From an uncultured delta proteobacterium (GTDB taxonomy: Bacteria; Desulfobacterota; Binatia; JACPRU01), in contig CAVUWD010000011.1 in assembly GCA_963745025.1 (NCBI GenBank), positions 320,001-384,000 of the forward strand: a stretch of 64,000 bases of DNA. The letters are read 5' to 3'. Below the pieces are notes generated by a model, which saw only the letters and a program-made list of their open reading frames with translations, was not told where the DNA came from and made no database searches. Shown here piece after piece: positions 1 to 9,567 of this stretch. Every line of letters starts with the position of its first letter. Position 1 is the first letter of the stretch. Both the position numbers and the translations under genes were made by a program.

Positions 1-1043
1 GGGCAGTTGTACGGATTCCACATCTTCCGCCCCGCGCCCTCGTAGTCGATCGTCATGAAGCCCTGACGGTCGATCGTCATCTCGAGGGGGATGTGAACGA
101 TGCAGTTGCGGCTGAGCGGCGAAGCGCCGGCCTTGCCCTCGAAGAGATGCCCGGCGTGGGCGGCCGATCGGTAGCGACCGGGCACGGTCAGCATCTTCAT
201 GCGCTGGAGGTGCGCACGGCGGCCTTCCTCGATGATCTCGCGGATCGCCCGCTTGTAGTAGTCGAGCCCGTACTGCTCGACCACCTCGAGCACCTTCTCG
301 CGGACGTCGAGACAAGCGCTCACCATCGCCTTCTCGTCGAGCACGAAATAGACGGGCGTGCGCAGATTCATCTCCGCGCGCACGAAGAAGTCGCGCCGGA
401 TCTTGTCGTTGACGGCGACCTTCTCGGCGCTGACGATCATGCCCTGCCCGAAGCGCTCCGCCGTGGTCGTCTGGTTGGCGCCGCCGAAGACGCCGCCGAT
501 CTCCAGCTCGTGCGCCACCGCGCCCACCCAGCCGATCAGCTCCTTCCCGTGGAAGATCGGCATGACGTTCATGAGGTCCGGCGGATGCACGTCGGACACG
601 AAGGGATCGTTGTTGGCGAAGACGTCGCCGTGGGCGATCCCCGGGTCCGACTCGTAGTCGCGCTCGATCATCCATTGGATGAAGCGGGAGAGCGTGTGCA
701 CGTGCACCATGATCCCGGTCGAGAGGACCACGCTATCGCCCTCGGGGGTGTAGAGCGCGACCACCGACTCGCCGACCTCGCGAACGCCCGGCGAGGCCGA
801 GATCTTCTTCGAGGTCTCGCGCGCGTTCACCACCGCCGAGCGCAGTCGCGCGTGCAGGCTCTCGTAATGGAGGTAGTTCTCCGCCTTCAGGCGAAGGTCG
901 GAGATGCCGTGGTAGTGGCCCGTCTCGTCGAGCAGCTCGCGGTTTCGCGCGAGCGCCGTGACGAGCGTCAGGCCGTCCGGGCCGATGCCGCGCCGCTCGG
1001 GAGGCGCCTCTGCCGTGGTTTTGGTCGCCATCTCCATGGCCAT
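1..1043 (-). CDS. acxB: Acetone carboxylase alpha subunit-like (hydantoinase B/oxoprolinase family); 3' end runs off the window
   Basis: Not in the ORF track. My translation gives MAMEMATK...KKISASPGVREVGE...STGIMVHVHT...NNDPFVSDVHPPD...WVGAVAHE, with the E/HxxD/H metal-ligand pattern of Acx alpha. RBS AGGAG at 1046-1050. Directly downstream of acxA. Start is 1043 or 1037. Confidence 0.85.
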   Translation of the reverse strand, partial: MAMEMATKTTAEAPPERRGIGPDGLTLVTALARNRELLDETGHYHGISDLRLKAENYLHYESLHARLRSAVVNARETSKKISASPGVREVGESVVALYTPEGDSVVLSTGIMVHVHTLSRFIQWMIERDYESDPGIAHGDVFANNDPFVSDVHPPDLMNVMPIFHGKELIGWVGAVAHELEIGGVFGGANQTTTAERFGQGMIVSAEKVAVNDKIRRDFFVRAEMNLRTPVYFVLDEKAMVSACLDVREKVLEVVEQYGLDYYKRAIREIIEEGRRAHLQRMKMLTVPGRYRSAAHAGHLFEGKAGASPLSRNCIVHIPLEMTIDRQGFMTIDYEGAGRKMWNPYNC

Positions 1044-1050
1044 CACTCCT

Positions 1051-3192
1051 TTACCTTCCGCGAAGCCAGAAGAAGTTCCACTCGTCGATGTCGATGCGCT
1101 TGCCCTCCGGCACCACCAGCGTCGTCGCCGGATGCTCGATGATGGCCGGACCCGTGACCCGATTGCCGGGCTTTAGAAGCTCCATCTCCCACAGCGAAGC
1201 CGGCAGCCAGCGTCCCTTCCAGTACATGTTGCGCGTACCCTTGTGGGCCTTTCGCTCAGGCTCCGTGGAGCCGAGCGGCTGCTTGACGATGCGCGGCTTC
1301 ACCTTCTCGACCGAAGCGAGAAGCCCGAGCTCGAAGATCTGGTAGCCGGCGCCCTCGTACCGTGCGACGCGCGAGTTGATCTTCGAGTAGAGGTCTTCCC
1401 AGGCAGCGATCAGCCGGTCGACGTCGGCGGCCGTCTTCAAGCGCGGGGCCGGCGAGACCACCTCGAGATCGCTCAGCTGCCCGCCGTAGCGCACCATCGC
1501 GAGCTGCGTGAAGCGGATCTCGCGGCCGACCGCGATCTCGGCGGCCATCTCGGCGCGCGCCGCTTCTTCCATCTCCTCCCAGATCCTGTTGACGGACTCG
1601 GCAACCGCCCGCTTGGCTTCCTGATCCGCGCCGGACGGCAACCCGAGATGGACCGAGCGAGCGTAACGGTGCTGGTAATCGGCCGTCGTGCACCCGAAGG
1701 CCGAGAAGGCCGCGGCAAAGTGGAAGGTCAGCACGCCGCTGAAATCGAGCCCTTCCGTATAACCCGCGAGGTGCAATGGGCCGGCTCCGCCGTAGCCGAA
1801 GAGCGTGTACTGCGTGGTGTCGAGACCGCGTGCCGAGGCGACCGCGCGGATCGCGTCGCGCGCCTCGCGCTCCATCATGCGGACGATCGCCTCCGCTCCC
1901 GCGTATACGTCGACGCCGATCTGCTCGGTCACCTGCTCCTTCAGCGCGCGCAGCGCGAGCTCCTTGTCGAGCTTCTGCTTGCCGCCGAGGAAGTAGTCGG
2001 GATTCAGGTAACCGAGGACGAGATCGCAGTCGGTGATCGTGACCGTCGTGCCGCCCTTGCCGAACGAGACCGGCCCCGGAGTCGACCCCGCGCTCTCCGG
2101 ACCGATCTGCACCTTCTTGGTGACCGGATCGACCTTTACGTAGCTGCCGGCTCCCGCGCCGATGTTCTCCATGGCGATCGTAGGTAGGTTCAACTTGAAG
2201 CGCGCCAGCACCGGCTCGGCCTCCACCGGAACGTACCCCGCGGTGATCGTTCCGATGTCGAAGCTCGTGCCTCCGAGGTCGGTGACGATGATGTTCTGCA
2301 TGCCGGTGAGGTCGCTCAAGTGCTTCGCGCCCATGACGCCGCCGACCGGCCCGGAGATGAGCGTCTCGTGCAGGCGTGGATAACGGATGTTGCAGAGGCC
2401 TCCATACGCCAGCACCGTCTGCAGCGGGTAGCGGTAGCCGCGGCTCTGCACCGCCTTCTCGACTTTCTCGAGCTGGGTGCGCACGGGAGCGACCGCGTAG
2501 GCCTCGATCAACGCCGCATTCAGCCTCGAGTTCTCGCGGATCACCGGGCGGAGATCGCTGCCGAGGTACACGGGTACGTCGCCGTTCCGACCCATCCGCA
2601 CGCTCACGCCGTGGATGATCGCCTGCGCGCGCTTCTCGTGCTCCGGGTTCAGGTACGAGTAGAGGAAGTGGACGACGATCGCCTCCACCCCGTCGGCGAG
2701 AAGCTCTTCGGCGGCCGCCTCGACGTCGTGCTCATAGAGCGGGATCACCGCCTCTCCGAAGACGTCGATTCGCTCGGTGACGCCGTGGACGTGGTGGCGG
2801 TCGACGAGCGCCGAAGGATGCACGTGCGTCACCGCGTGGATGCGATCCGAGTAGGAGTACCCCGTCCAGCTCTGCATCCCCCGGCCCATCAGGACGTCGT
2901 CCTCGAACCCCTTGGTGGTGATGAGGCCGACCTTCTGGCCGCGACGCGTGAGCAGCGTGTTGACCATCGTCGTGCCCGAGTAGAGCGCGACCTCGAGCTC
3001 CGGATAGAGGGATCGCTGGTCGATTCCCCAGTAGGACATGGCGTCTGTCGCCGACTCGAGAAATCCGAGTGATTCGTCGTGCGGCGTAGTCGCGGCCTTG
3101 CCGACGGTGAAATCGCCGTTCTCGTCGACGATGAAGGTGTCCGTCATCGTTCCGCCGGCATCGATTCCGAGCACTAAAGGTTTCCGAGCCAC
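1051..3192 (-). CDS. acxA: Acetone carboxylase beta subunit-like (hydantoinase A/oxoprolinase, ATP-binding)
   Basis: 713 aa; LGIDAGGTMTDTF, GKAATTP, SGPVGG, TDLGGTSFD, GPESAGSTPGP, YGGAGPLH, GPAIIEHPATT. Confidence 0.88.
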   Translation of the reverse strand: MARKPLVLGIDAGGTMTDTFIVDENGDFTVGKAATTPHDESLGFLESATDAMSYWGIDQRSLYPELEVALYSGTTMVNTLLTRRGQKVGLITTKGFEDDVLMGRGMQSWTGYSYSDRIHAVTHVHPSALVDRHHVHGVTERIDVFGEAVIPLYEHDVEAAAEELLADGVEAIVVHFLYSYLNPEHEKRAQAIIHGVSVRMGRNGDVPVYLGSDLRPVIRENSRLNAALIEAYAVAPVRTQLEKVEKAVQSRGYRYPLQTVLAYGGLCNIRYPRLHETLISGPVGGVMGAKHLSDLTGMQNIIVTDLGGTSFDIGTITAGYVPVEAEPVLARFKLNLPTIAMENIGAGAGSYVKVDPVTKKVQIGPESAGSTPGPVSFGKGGTTVTITDCDLVLGYLNPDYFLGGKQKLDKELALRALKEQVTEQIGVDVYAGAEAIVRMMEREARDAIRAVASARGLDTTQYTLFGYGGAGPLHLAGYTEGLDFSGVLTFHFAAAFSAFGCTTADYQHRYARSVHLGLPSGADQEAKRAVAESVNRIWEEMEEAARAEMAAEIAVGREIRFTQLAMVRYGGQLSDLEVVSPAPRLKTAADVDRLIAAWEDLYSKINSRVARYEGAGYQIFELGLLASVEKVKPRIVKQPLGSTEPERKAHKGTRNMYWKGRWLPASLWEMELLKPGNRVTGPAIIEHPATTLVVPEGKRIDIDEWNFFWLRGR

Positions 3193-3464
3193 CGCCCTGT
3201 CTCCTCTTCGCGCCGGCGCCGCGCTGAAATCACGGCGTCGCTTCGTTCACCCGTCAGACCATAGTGGCAACTGCCATGGCGCCGGAAGAAGTGTCAAGGC
3301 GAGATGTCGCTGCCCTCGAAGCGAGAACGATTTGGTTCTTCCGGTCGGTCGAGAGCTTTGACCGGCGCCGGCTGCCCGAGGTATTCGCAGCGCGCGGCGT
3401 CGTAGCGTCCGGTGCGGCGACTCTCGGGCGATTCGAAGATCCGTCGCGGTCATGGAGGCAGAGG

Positions 3465-4121
3465 ATGGACGTCCGGGCAGTGTGCATCTCGCGGACGATC
3501 GCCGCCGGCGGCGAGGCCGTCGGCGAGCTGGTCGCCCGTCGTCTGGAGTTTCGCTACGTCGACGAGCAGATCGTCGCGCTCGCGGCAAGGGAGGCGCAGG
3601 CCGATCCCGCGCTGGCCGCCGCCGCGGAGCACCGACAGCCTCTTCTGCAGCGCCTGCTCGAAACGCTGCCGAGCGCGCGCGGCCTCGCGAGCGCGGCGAC
3701 CCTCGCCACGGGCGTGCCGTTCGACGCCTTCGCCGGCGCCGCCTCCAGCGGCCGCGCCGTGCCGGAGGACATGCGCGTGCTGATTCGCGCGGCGATCCAC
3801 GAGGTGGCCCGCGCGGGTCGAGCGGTGATCGTCGCCCATGCCGCGTCGATGGCCCTCGCCGGAGTCGAAGGCGTATTGCGCGTGCTCGTGACCGCCCCGA
3901 TCGAGGTACGCGCCCGGCGCCTGGTCGCCGCGGAAGGACTCGCTGGGGCCGAGGCCGAGGCGGCCGTCGCCTCGTCCGACCGGGAGCGGCGAGACTACCT
4001 GAGGCGCTTCTACGCCGTGAAAGAGGAATTGCCGACGCACTACGACGTCGTCCTCAACACCGAGGTGCTCACCACCGAGCAGGCGGCCGCCGCGGTCGTC
4101 GCGGCGGCGCGCGGGCTGTGA
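3465..4121 (+). CDS. Cytidylate kinase-like family protein
   Basis: VCISRTIAAGGEAVG N-terminus, VIVAH, SDRERRDYLRRFY...YDVVLNT; ATG at 3465 after GGAGG-N-GAGG. Confidence 0.8.
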   Translation: MDVRAVCISRTIAAGGEAVGELVARRLEFRYVDEQIVALAAREAQADPALAAAAEHRQPLLQRLLETLPSARGLASAATLATGVPFDAFAGAASSGRAVPEDMRVLIRAAIHEVARAGRAVIVAHAASMALAGVEGVLRVLVTAPIEVRARRLVAAEGLAGAEAEAAVASSDRERRDYLRRFYAVKEELPTHYDVVLNTEVLTTEQAAAAVVAAARGL

Positions 4122-4194
4122 GCGCGGGCGGCGCGCCGCTTGACGCCGCCGTTCGATTGGATTTGTGTTCCCCCTGGGTTAGAGATTCGGCGTC

Positions 4195-5337
4195 TTGAGC
4201 AGATCCTCTCCGGCCAATCACGTCCGGCGCATCCGTCCCATGGCGCTGGAGGCGCGCCTTGCGGGACCGCTCACCGTCGCCCTTCGTTCGGACGACCGAG
4301 CGGTGGCGGAGTGGCTCATCGAATTCCTCCATCCGTGGTTCGTGCCCACCGCGGGAGCCGCCGAGATTCAGGTTTCGGTGTCGAGCGCGGAAGGTGCGTA
4401 CGCCGAGCTCGACGTTCGGCGCCCACTCGACGCGGCTCCCCGCGCCTGTTTTGCCTTGGATCAACAGGTGGTCTCACTGCCCGCCTGGTCCACCGAGGAA
4501 GGCATAACGGTCGCGGACCCGAGGCGCTCGTGCTTTCTCGTCCTAGCCCCACGCCAGATCGCCCTCTTCGGCGACCCGACCACGCGACGGTGGCGGTTCA
4601 CCCTGCAGCTCGTCTTCCATGAAATCGCAGCCACCCGGGCGCGCCGCACGGACCTCGATCTCCATGCCGCCGCCATCGAAGCCGGCGGCCGTGCAGTCGT
4701 GATCGTCGGCCCCAAGCGCGCCGGCAAGACGACGCTATCTTTCCACCTCTTGCGCTCGGAGCGCTGCCGTTGGATCGCCAACGACCGCGCGTTCGTCGGA
4801 AACGCCGGTAGGGCGGCGTTCACGATTCGCGGGATGCCCACGGCGGTGAAGATCCAGCCGCCGATGCTCCATGAGTTTCCCGAGCTGCGGCGAGGGCTCC
4901 GCAACGTGGAGCGGCCGTATCTCCACGCCGTCAACGAGGTCGCCGGCGCAAGCCTCGGCGAAGAGCTCGACGGGTCGGTCGAATTCGCGTTGAGCCCGGC
5001 GCAGCTCGCGCGGCAGTTGAAGGTGGAGCCGCTGGCCTCGGCGCCGTTGGCCGCGATCGTCTTTCCGCAGATCCGCCCCGAGACGGCTGGCTTCGCCGTC
5101 GAGCGGCTCGACACGGCGGAGGTGAGCGCCGGAATCTGGGCGAACCTCTACGGCAAGCCTTCCGGCCGGCACGAGCCGACCCTGTTCGAGGAGCTCGACG
5201 GTGGGACGCGCGCTTCGCGGCGAAGCCTGGCGGATGCGCTCTCGGAAATCGTTCCCGGCTACCGCGTCGTTCTCGGCCGCGACGCCTACGCCGCGCCCGA
5301 CTTCGCCGTGCGGTTGCTGGAAACCGTCCTGCCGTGA
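4195..5337 (+). CDS. HPr kinase-like P-loop kinase
   Basis: LHAAAIEAGGRAVVIVGPKRAGKTTL (His plus Walker A) and WIANDR, typical of HPrK-related kinases. Start TTG 4195 (also kept in copy B) or ATG 4240. Confidence 0.75.
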   Translation: MSRSSPANHVRRIRPMALEARLAGPLTVALRSDDRAVAEWLIEFLHPWFVPTAGAAEIQVSVSSAEGAYAELDVRRPLDAAPRACFALDQQVVSLPAWSTEEGITVADPRRSCFLVLAPRQIALFGDPTTRRWRFTLQLVFHEIAATRARRTDLDLHAAAIEAGGRAVVIVGPKRAGKTTLSFHLLRSERCRWIANDRAFVGNAGRAAFTIRGMPTAVKIQPPMLHEFPELRRGLRNVERPYLHAVNEVAGASLGEELDGSVEFALSPAQLARQLKVEPLASAPLAAIVFPQIRPETAGFAVERLDTAEVSAGIWANLYGKPSGRHEPTLFEELDGGTRASRRSLADALSEIVPGYRVVLGRDAYAAPDFAVRLLETVLP

Positions 5338-6200
5338 CGATCCCAGGCCCGCCCGAGGTATCGCGAGACGTCGAGGAAGCGCTCGATCGACACGGCCTGC
5401 GCCCGCGGCGAATCGAGCTCGTCTCGCCGCTGCGCGAGCGGAAGGGGATCCGCTTTGCGTACCGGGTGGATGCCGACGACGGCCGAAGCATCAAGGCGCG
5501 ACACTTCGGAGCCCCCGAGGACGCGCGCCGCCACTTCGAGCTGCGCGCCGGCCTGGAAGCGGCCTTCGCGCCGGCGCTAGCCAACTACGGGTCCGTGGTC
5601 CTCGAGGAGTGGGTCGAGGGCGCGGCGCTCACCGAGCTCGACGCGGACGCTCGGGCCGAAGAGGCCGGAGCGTTGCTCGGACGGCTGCACGCCCGGTCGC
5701 TCGGTCCGGAAGTTCCCTCCGTGATCCGTACCCGGAAGTGGATCGAGGGCGCCGAGTCGGACCTCGCGATCCTCACGAGCGCCGGCGCGCTCGCGCCCGA
5801 CGAAGCGGTTCGTCTGCGAGCCGAGATCCGTCGACGCGATCCGCGGTCGGCCCGAACGGCCCTCATCCACCTCGACTTCTGCGTCGAGAACATGCTGATC
5901 GATCCGCGAGGTGAGCTGCGAATCATCGATAACGAGTTGCTCGCCATCAATCCGGCGGGCCTCGATCTCGGACGCACCTTCCACCGCTGGCCGATGCCGG
6001 AGGCGACGTGGGGCCGCTTCCTCCGCGGCTACCGTTCCTCGGCCCCGAGCGAGCCGGAAGCGACCGGGTTTTGGAAGATCGTCGCGGCCCTGACGGGCAC
6101 GAGAGTGTTCCTTCAGCGAATGCCGGCGCGCGTCGATGCGTCTGTCGCGCTGCTTCGCCGCTTCGCCGAGGGCGAGAGCCTCGCGGATCCGCTGCCGTGA
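5334..6200 (+). CDS. Aminoglycoside phosphotransferase (APH)/choline kinase-like phosphotransferase
   Basis: VLEEWVEG, LGRLH, Brenner motif HLDFCVENML, IIDNE; GTGA overlap with the upstream gene. Confidence 0.8.
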   Translation: MTIPGPPEVSRDVEEALDRHGLRPRRIELVSPLRERKGIRFAYRVDADDGRSIKARHFGAPEDARRHFELRAGLEAAFAPALANYGSVVLEEWVEGAALTELDADARAEEAGALLGRLHARSLGPEVPSVIRTRKWIEGAESDLAILTSAGALAPDEAVRLRAEIRRRDPRSARTALIHLDFCVENMLIDPRGELRIIDNELLAINPAGLDLGRTFHRWPMPEATWGRFLRGYRSSAPSEPEATGFWKIVAALTGTRVFLQRMPARVDASVALLRRFAEGESLADPLP

Positions 6201-6862
6201 CCGAATCCATCGTGGTCGTCTGCATGGGTGGGATCGGCCACGTGCAGATCCTCCTGCCGGTGATTTCCGGGCTTGCCTCTCGCGGCCGCGTCGTGCACGT
6301 GATGACCCGCAGCGACTTCCGGACCCAGGTCGAGGGCGCGGGCGCGCGGTTCGTCGACCTCTACGCGCACCGTCCGCTCGACGCGGTGGACGCGACGTCG
6401 ATTCCCTTCCCGAGCCGCTTCGTCACCTTCGCCGCGATGTACGACGAAAGCCTGTCCGATGAGATCGGCGCGCTCGCACCTGCCTTGATCGTCTACGATA
6501 CCTTCACGCTCGCGGGCCCGGTGGCGGCGCGGCGGCTCGGCATCCCGTACGTCAACGTCTGCCCGAACCACGCGCCGGTTCCGGCTCGCATGATCGAGGC
6601 ATTGCGGCGGGACCCGCGGGTAGCCGTTTCCGCCGAGTGCCATGCGGCCGTGAAGCGCCTGCAGGAAGTTCACGGGATGAGCGGCGCCAATCCGTTTTCG
6701 TACTACGAGGCGTTGAGCCCCTACTTGAACGTGTACGGCGAGCCCGCGGAGTTCCTCGACCCGGACGAGCGCGCAGCCCTCGCCCCAATCGCATTCTTCG
6801 GGTCGCTTCTGCCGCCCGTGCGGCGAGACGGCGCCATCGCCGGAGCATTTCCCCGCGGCCGC
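6197..6862 (+). pseudogene. Truncated GT1 (MGT/UDP-glycosyltransferase), N-terminal half only
   Basis: Paralogous to 14019-15236 up to GAFPR, then similarity stops. The donor-binding C-terminal domain is absent. Confidence 0.85.
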
Positions 6863-7006
6863 CGCGGTGCCATCGCCCCCCTCGGCGGCCGCTCTCGGCG
6901 CACCATCCCCCTAACGGCCCAAACGTGGAAAGCCGCGCCCGGCGCGGAGTTCCCCTCCCCTACCCCGCGAAATTGTTAGCCGATTCCCCTCGCGTGGAAA
7001 TTCAGG

Positions 7007-7279
7007 CTAGCCGAGCGCGGAGCCCTTCCCCGCTCGATTCATGACGAGATCCGCCAACAGCTCGACGGTATCCATGCGACCGACGCGAATGTCCTCGGGC
7101 TCGAGGGTGAACGAGAACTGCTCCTCGAGGAAGGTGACGAGTTCGAGCATCGACACCGACGTCATGACTCCGCTGCTGATGAGCAACGTCGAGTCCTGGA
7201 GCGTTTCCGCTGCTTCGCCCAGGAGGAAGTTGGCGAGGATGAAGGAACGAATCGTTTGCCGAATTTCCTCGCGCGTCAT
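7007..7279 (-). CDS. Acyl/peptidyl carrier protein (intact copy)
   Basis: 90 aa, acidic; LISSGVMTSVSMLELVTFLEEQF (variant of the GxxDS phosphopantetheine site). Confidence 0.85.
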   Translation of the reverse strand: MTREEIRQTIRSFILANFLLGEAAETLQDSTLLISSGVMTSVSMLELVTFLEEQFSFTLEPEDIRVGRMDTVELLADLVMNRAGKGSALG

Positions 7280-7339
7280 CGCCGATCACCCGTTGCCGTT
7301 CGAACGCCGCAGGAAGCTAGTTCTGCGACCTGCATCCTG

Positions 7340-7670
7340 TCAACGCTTCCACCAGTCCGGGCGGAGCCCCTTCACGAGAGAGGACATCGCCACCTCGACT
7401 TCGTCTTTGATGTGCTCCGGCACCTCGAAGGTTCACGTCCTCGTCGATTCGTCGCGCGTGGCCCGTTGGCGCCTCGCGGCACCGTTCGCCGCTCCGGCGA
7501 TCCAGGAAGTGGCGATCCCCGCGGGTCTGCTCGTGGCTATGCGCCCATGCACGATCGATTTCCGCATCATGCGACCGCGCTCGCCCGCGTCCCTCGGGCT
7601 GAGCGCAGACCAGAGGCTGCTCGGCATCCATTTGAGCTCGCTTCGCCTCCGCCCGGGCCCCGTTGCGTAG
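7340..7670. pseudogene. Deletion junction relic: Rieske oxygenase 3' end (minus strand) fused to nucleotidyltransferase 3' end (plus strand)
   Basis: 7340-7428 matches 17122-17209 and 7431-7670 matches 19858-20097. About 2.65 kb is missing at a CTCGA microhomology. Confidence 0.9.
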
Positions 7671-7687
7671 TCGGGCTCCACGGCGCT

Positions 7688-8227
7688 ATGCGGACGAGCA
7701 TGGGCCAGGGGATGCTTCGAGGAAAAGTCGCCATCGTGACCGGGGCGGGCAGCCCGATCGGCACGGGCCATGCGATGGCGCTCGCGCTGGCGCGGGCGGG
7801 AGCGCGCGTGGCGTTGCTGGATCTCAACCGAGAGTGGCTCGCACAAAATTTCTGGGAAGTGCCCGTGGCCGCCTGGGACCGGGCTACGGGCCGTCCAAGG
7901 CCGGGCATGAAGCTCTCGTCGCCCTCATGGCACACGAGCTCGAAGGCAGCGGCGTGACGGCGAACGTCCTGGTCCCCGGCGGTCCGACCAACACCAACTT
8001 CTTCGCCGCCGAGGCGAAGGTCGATCGGGCCGCCCTCATTCAACCCGAGGTCATGCAGGCGCCGGCAGTCTGGCTCGCTTCCGATGCCTCACGTGACGTC
8101 AACGGCCGACGCATCATCGCGTACTACTGGGATGAAAATCTGCCGCTCGGAGAGCGGCTCACCAAGGCAAGCGCGCCTGCGGCCTGGCCGCAGCTCGGCG
8201 AGCAGGCGAGTCACCCCACGCCCGTGA
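7688..8227 (+). pseudogene. SDR oxidoreductase relic with two internal deletions
   Basis: Matches 20115-20972 but lacks ~20274-20459 (in frame) and 20497-20629 (133 nt, out of frame). The NNAG segment is lost. Confidence 0.9.
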
Positions 8228-9567
8228 AGATCACCGACGCGGAAGTCGACCGGATTGCCCGAGCGCTCGGGGATGCACCCAGCGCGGCGTACACGACGCC
8301 GCACGTGTACCCGTGGGCCGTGCAGAACTTCGAATCGCGGCCGCTCGCCGAACGCCCGCAGCCGGCGAACGGCGATCTCCGACTCTACGTCCACATCCCC
8401 TTCTGCAACTACCGCTGTACGTTCTGCTTCTTCGCCGTGCGCGTCGGCGCCAAGCAGCGGGAAATGGAGCGGTACGTGGCCGCGCTCGAGCGAGAGCTCG
8501 AGTGGGTCGCGCCGGGGACCTCGCTCTCACAGTTGTTCATCGGCGGGGGCACGCCGACCTCTCTGCCCTCCGATCTTCTCGCGGCCCTTCTCGCCGCGAT
8601 CTTCGCGCGTATGACGTCATCCGGCGAGCGCCCTCACACCGTGGAGGCGTCCCCGGAATCGATCCGTGAGGCACACCTGCGCGCGCTGCAGGATCACGGC
8701 GTCGGCCGGGTGAGCATGGGCATCGAGAGCCTTGACGACGCGGTGTTGGACGCCGTGCGCCGCCGCCACAGCCCCGCCCAGACGCTCGAGGCGTGCCGGA
8801 TGGTCGTGGAGAGCGGCGTCGCCTTGAACGTCGACCTCATCTACGGCCTTCCCGGTCAGACGGAGGCGAGCTTCCAGCGCGATCTCGAAGCGGTCGCCGC
8901 CGCTGGGGTTCACTCGCTCTGCTTGTACGTCTTGCGACTCAACGAGCACACGCCGGTCGCAGCGCGGCTCGCCGCCGAGGAGCGACTCGACCTGAAGCGG
9001 CTGATGCGCTGGCGCGCGTTCGTGACCCGCGCCGCCGAGGAGCTCGGATTCGAGCAGACGCGTTGCTTCATGTTTGAGCGCCGTCCCACGACCCGGCCGG
9101 AGCAGTCGCCGACCTCCGCGGCCGCCGGCACGGTCGACCAACTCGGCATCGGCATGAGCGCACGCTCCCAGCTCGGCGACGTCGTCTATCGCAACCACGA
9201 GCGATCTGAAACCTACCTGCAGCGGGTGGAGCGGAGCCTGAGCCCCGTCGAGACGGTGTTCCACCTGGACGTCGCCGACCGCAAGACGCAGTTCGTCGCG
9301 GGCTCCCTCGGTTGCGGCAAAGCGCTCTCGCGCGTCGCCTACGAGCACGCGTTCGGCGCTTCGATCGACACCGACTTCGGCGAGCTGCTCGAGCGCCTCC
9401 GCCACGCGGAGCTGATCGAGGACGACGGCGCGCGGGTCGTGCTGACCGAGCCGGGAAAGCTCGTCTACGACCGCGTGCTGCTCTGCTTCTACCCTGAGCG
9501 CGCCAAGCGGTGGCTGCGAGACTGGGCCGCCGGGCCGAGGGATCACCGCAGCGAGCCGCGACGGTGA
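8224..9567 (+). CDS. HemN-like radical SAM enzyme (copy A, intact)
   Basis: LYVHIPFCNYRCTFC (CxxxCxxC), FIGGGTP, TVEASP, RVSMGIES, NVDLIYGLPGQT. GTG start at 8224 by comparison with copy B. Confidence 0.9.
   Translation: MKITDAEVDRIARALGDAPSAAYTTPHVYPWAVQNFESRPLAERPQPANGDLRLYVHIPFCNYRCTFCFFAVRVGAKQREMERYVAALERELEWVAPGTSLSQLFIGGGTPTSLPSDLLAALLAAIFARMTSSGERPHTVEASPESIREAHLRALQDHGVGRVSMGIESLDDAVLDAVRRRHSPAQTLEACRMVVESGVALNVDLIYGLPGQTEASFQRDLEAVAAAGVHSLCLYVLRLNEHTPVAARLAAEERLDLKRLMRWRAFVTRAAEELGFEQTRCFMFERRPTTRPEQSPTSAAAGTVDQLGIGMSARSQLGDVVYRNHERSETYLQRVERSLSPVETVFHLDVADRKTQFVAGSLGCGKALSRVAYEHAFGASIDTDFGELLERLRHAELIEDDGARVVLTEPGKLVYDRVLLCFYPERAKRWLRDWAAGPRDHRSEPRR

Larger units (their letters stand above)
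4130..9560 (+). repeat. Copy A of a tandemly duplicated, internally deleted gene cluster
   Basis: Collinear with 13620-22300. Shared leader (cgattggatttg...gttagagat), GT 5' half, carrier protein, Rieske 3' end, NTase 3' end, SDR pieces and radical SAM gene. Confidence 0.95.

Noticed and set aside
7663-9567. Apparent SDR-radical SAM fusion (634 aa)
   Set aside because: It arises from an extra base near 8210 plus deletions in the SDR relic. Copy B has separate genes.
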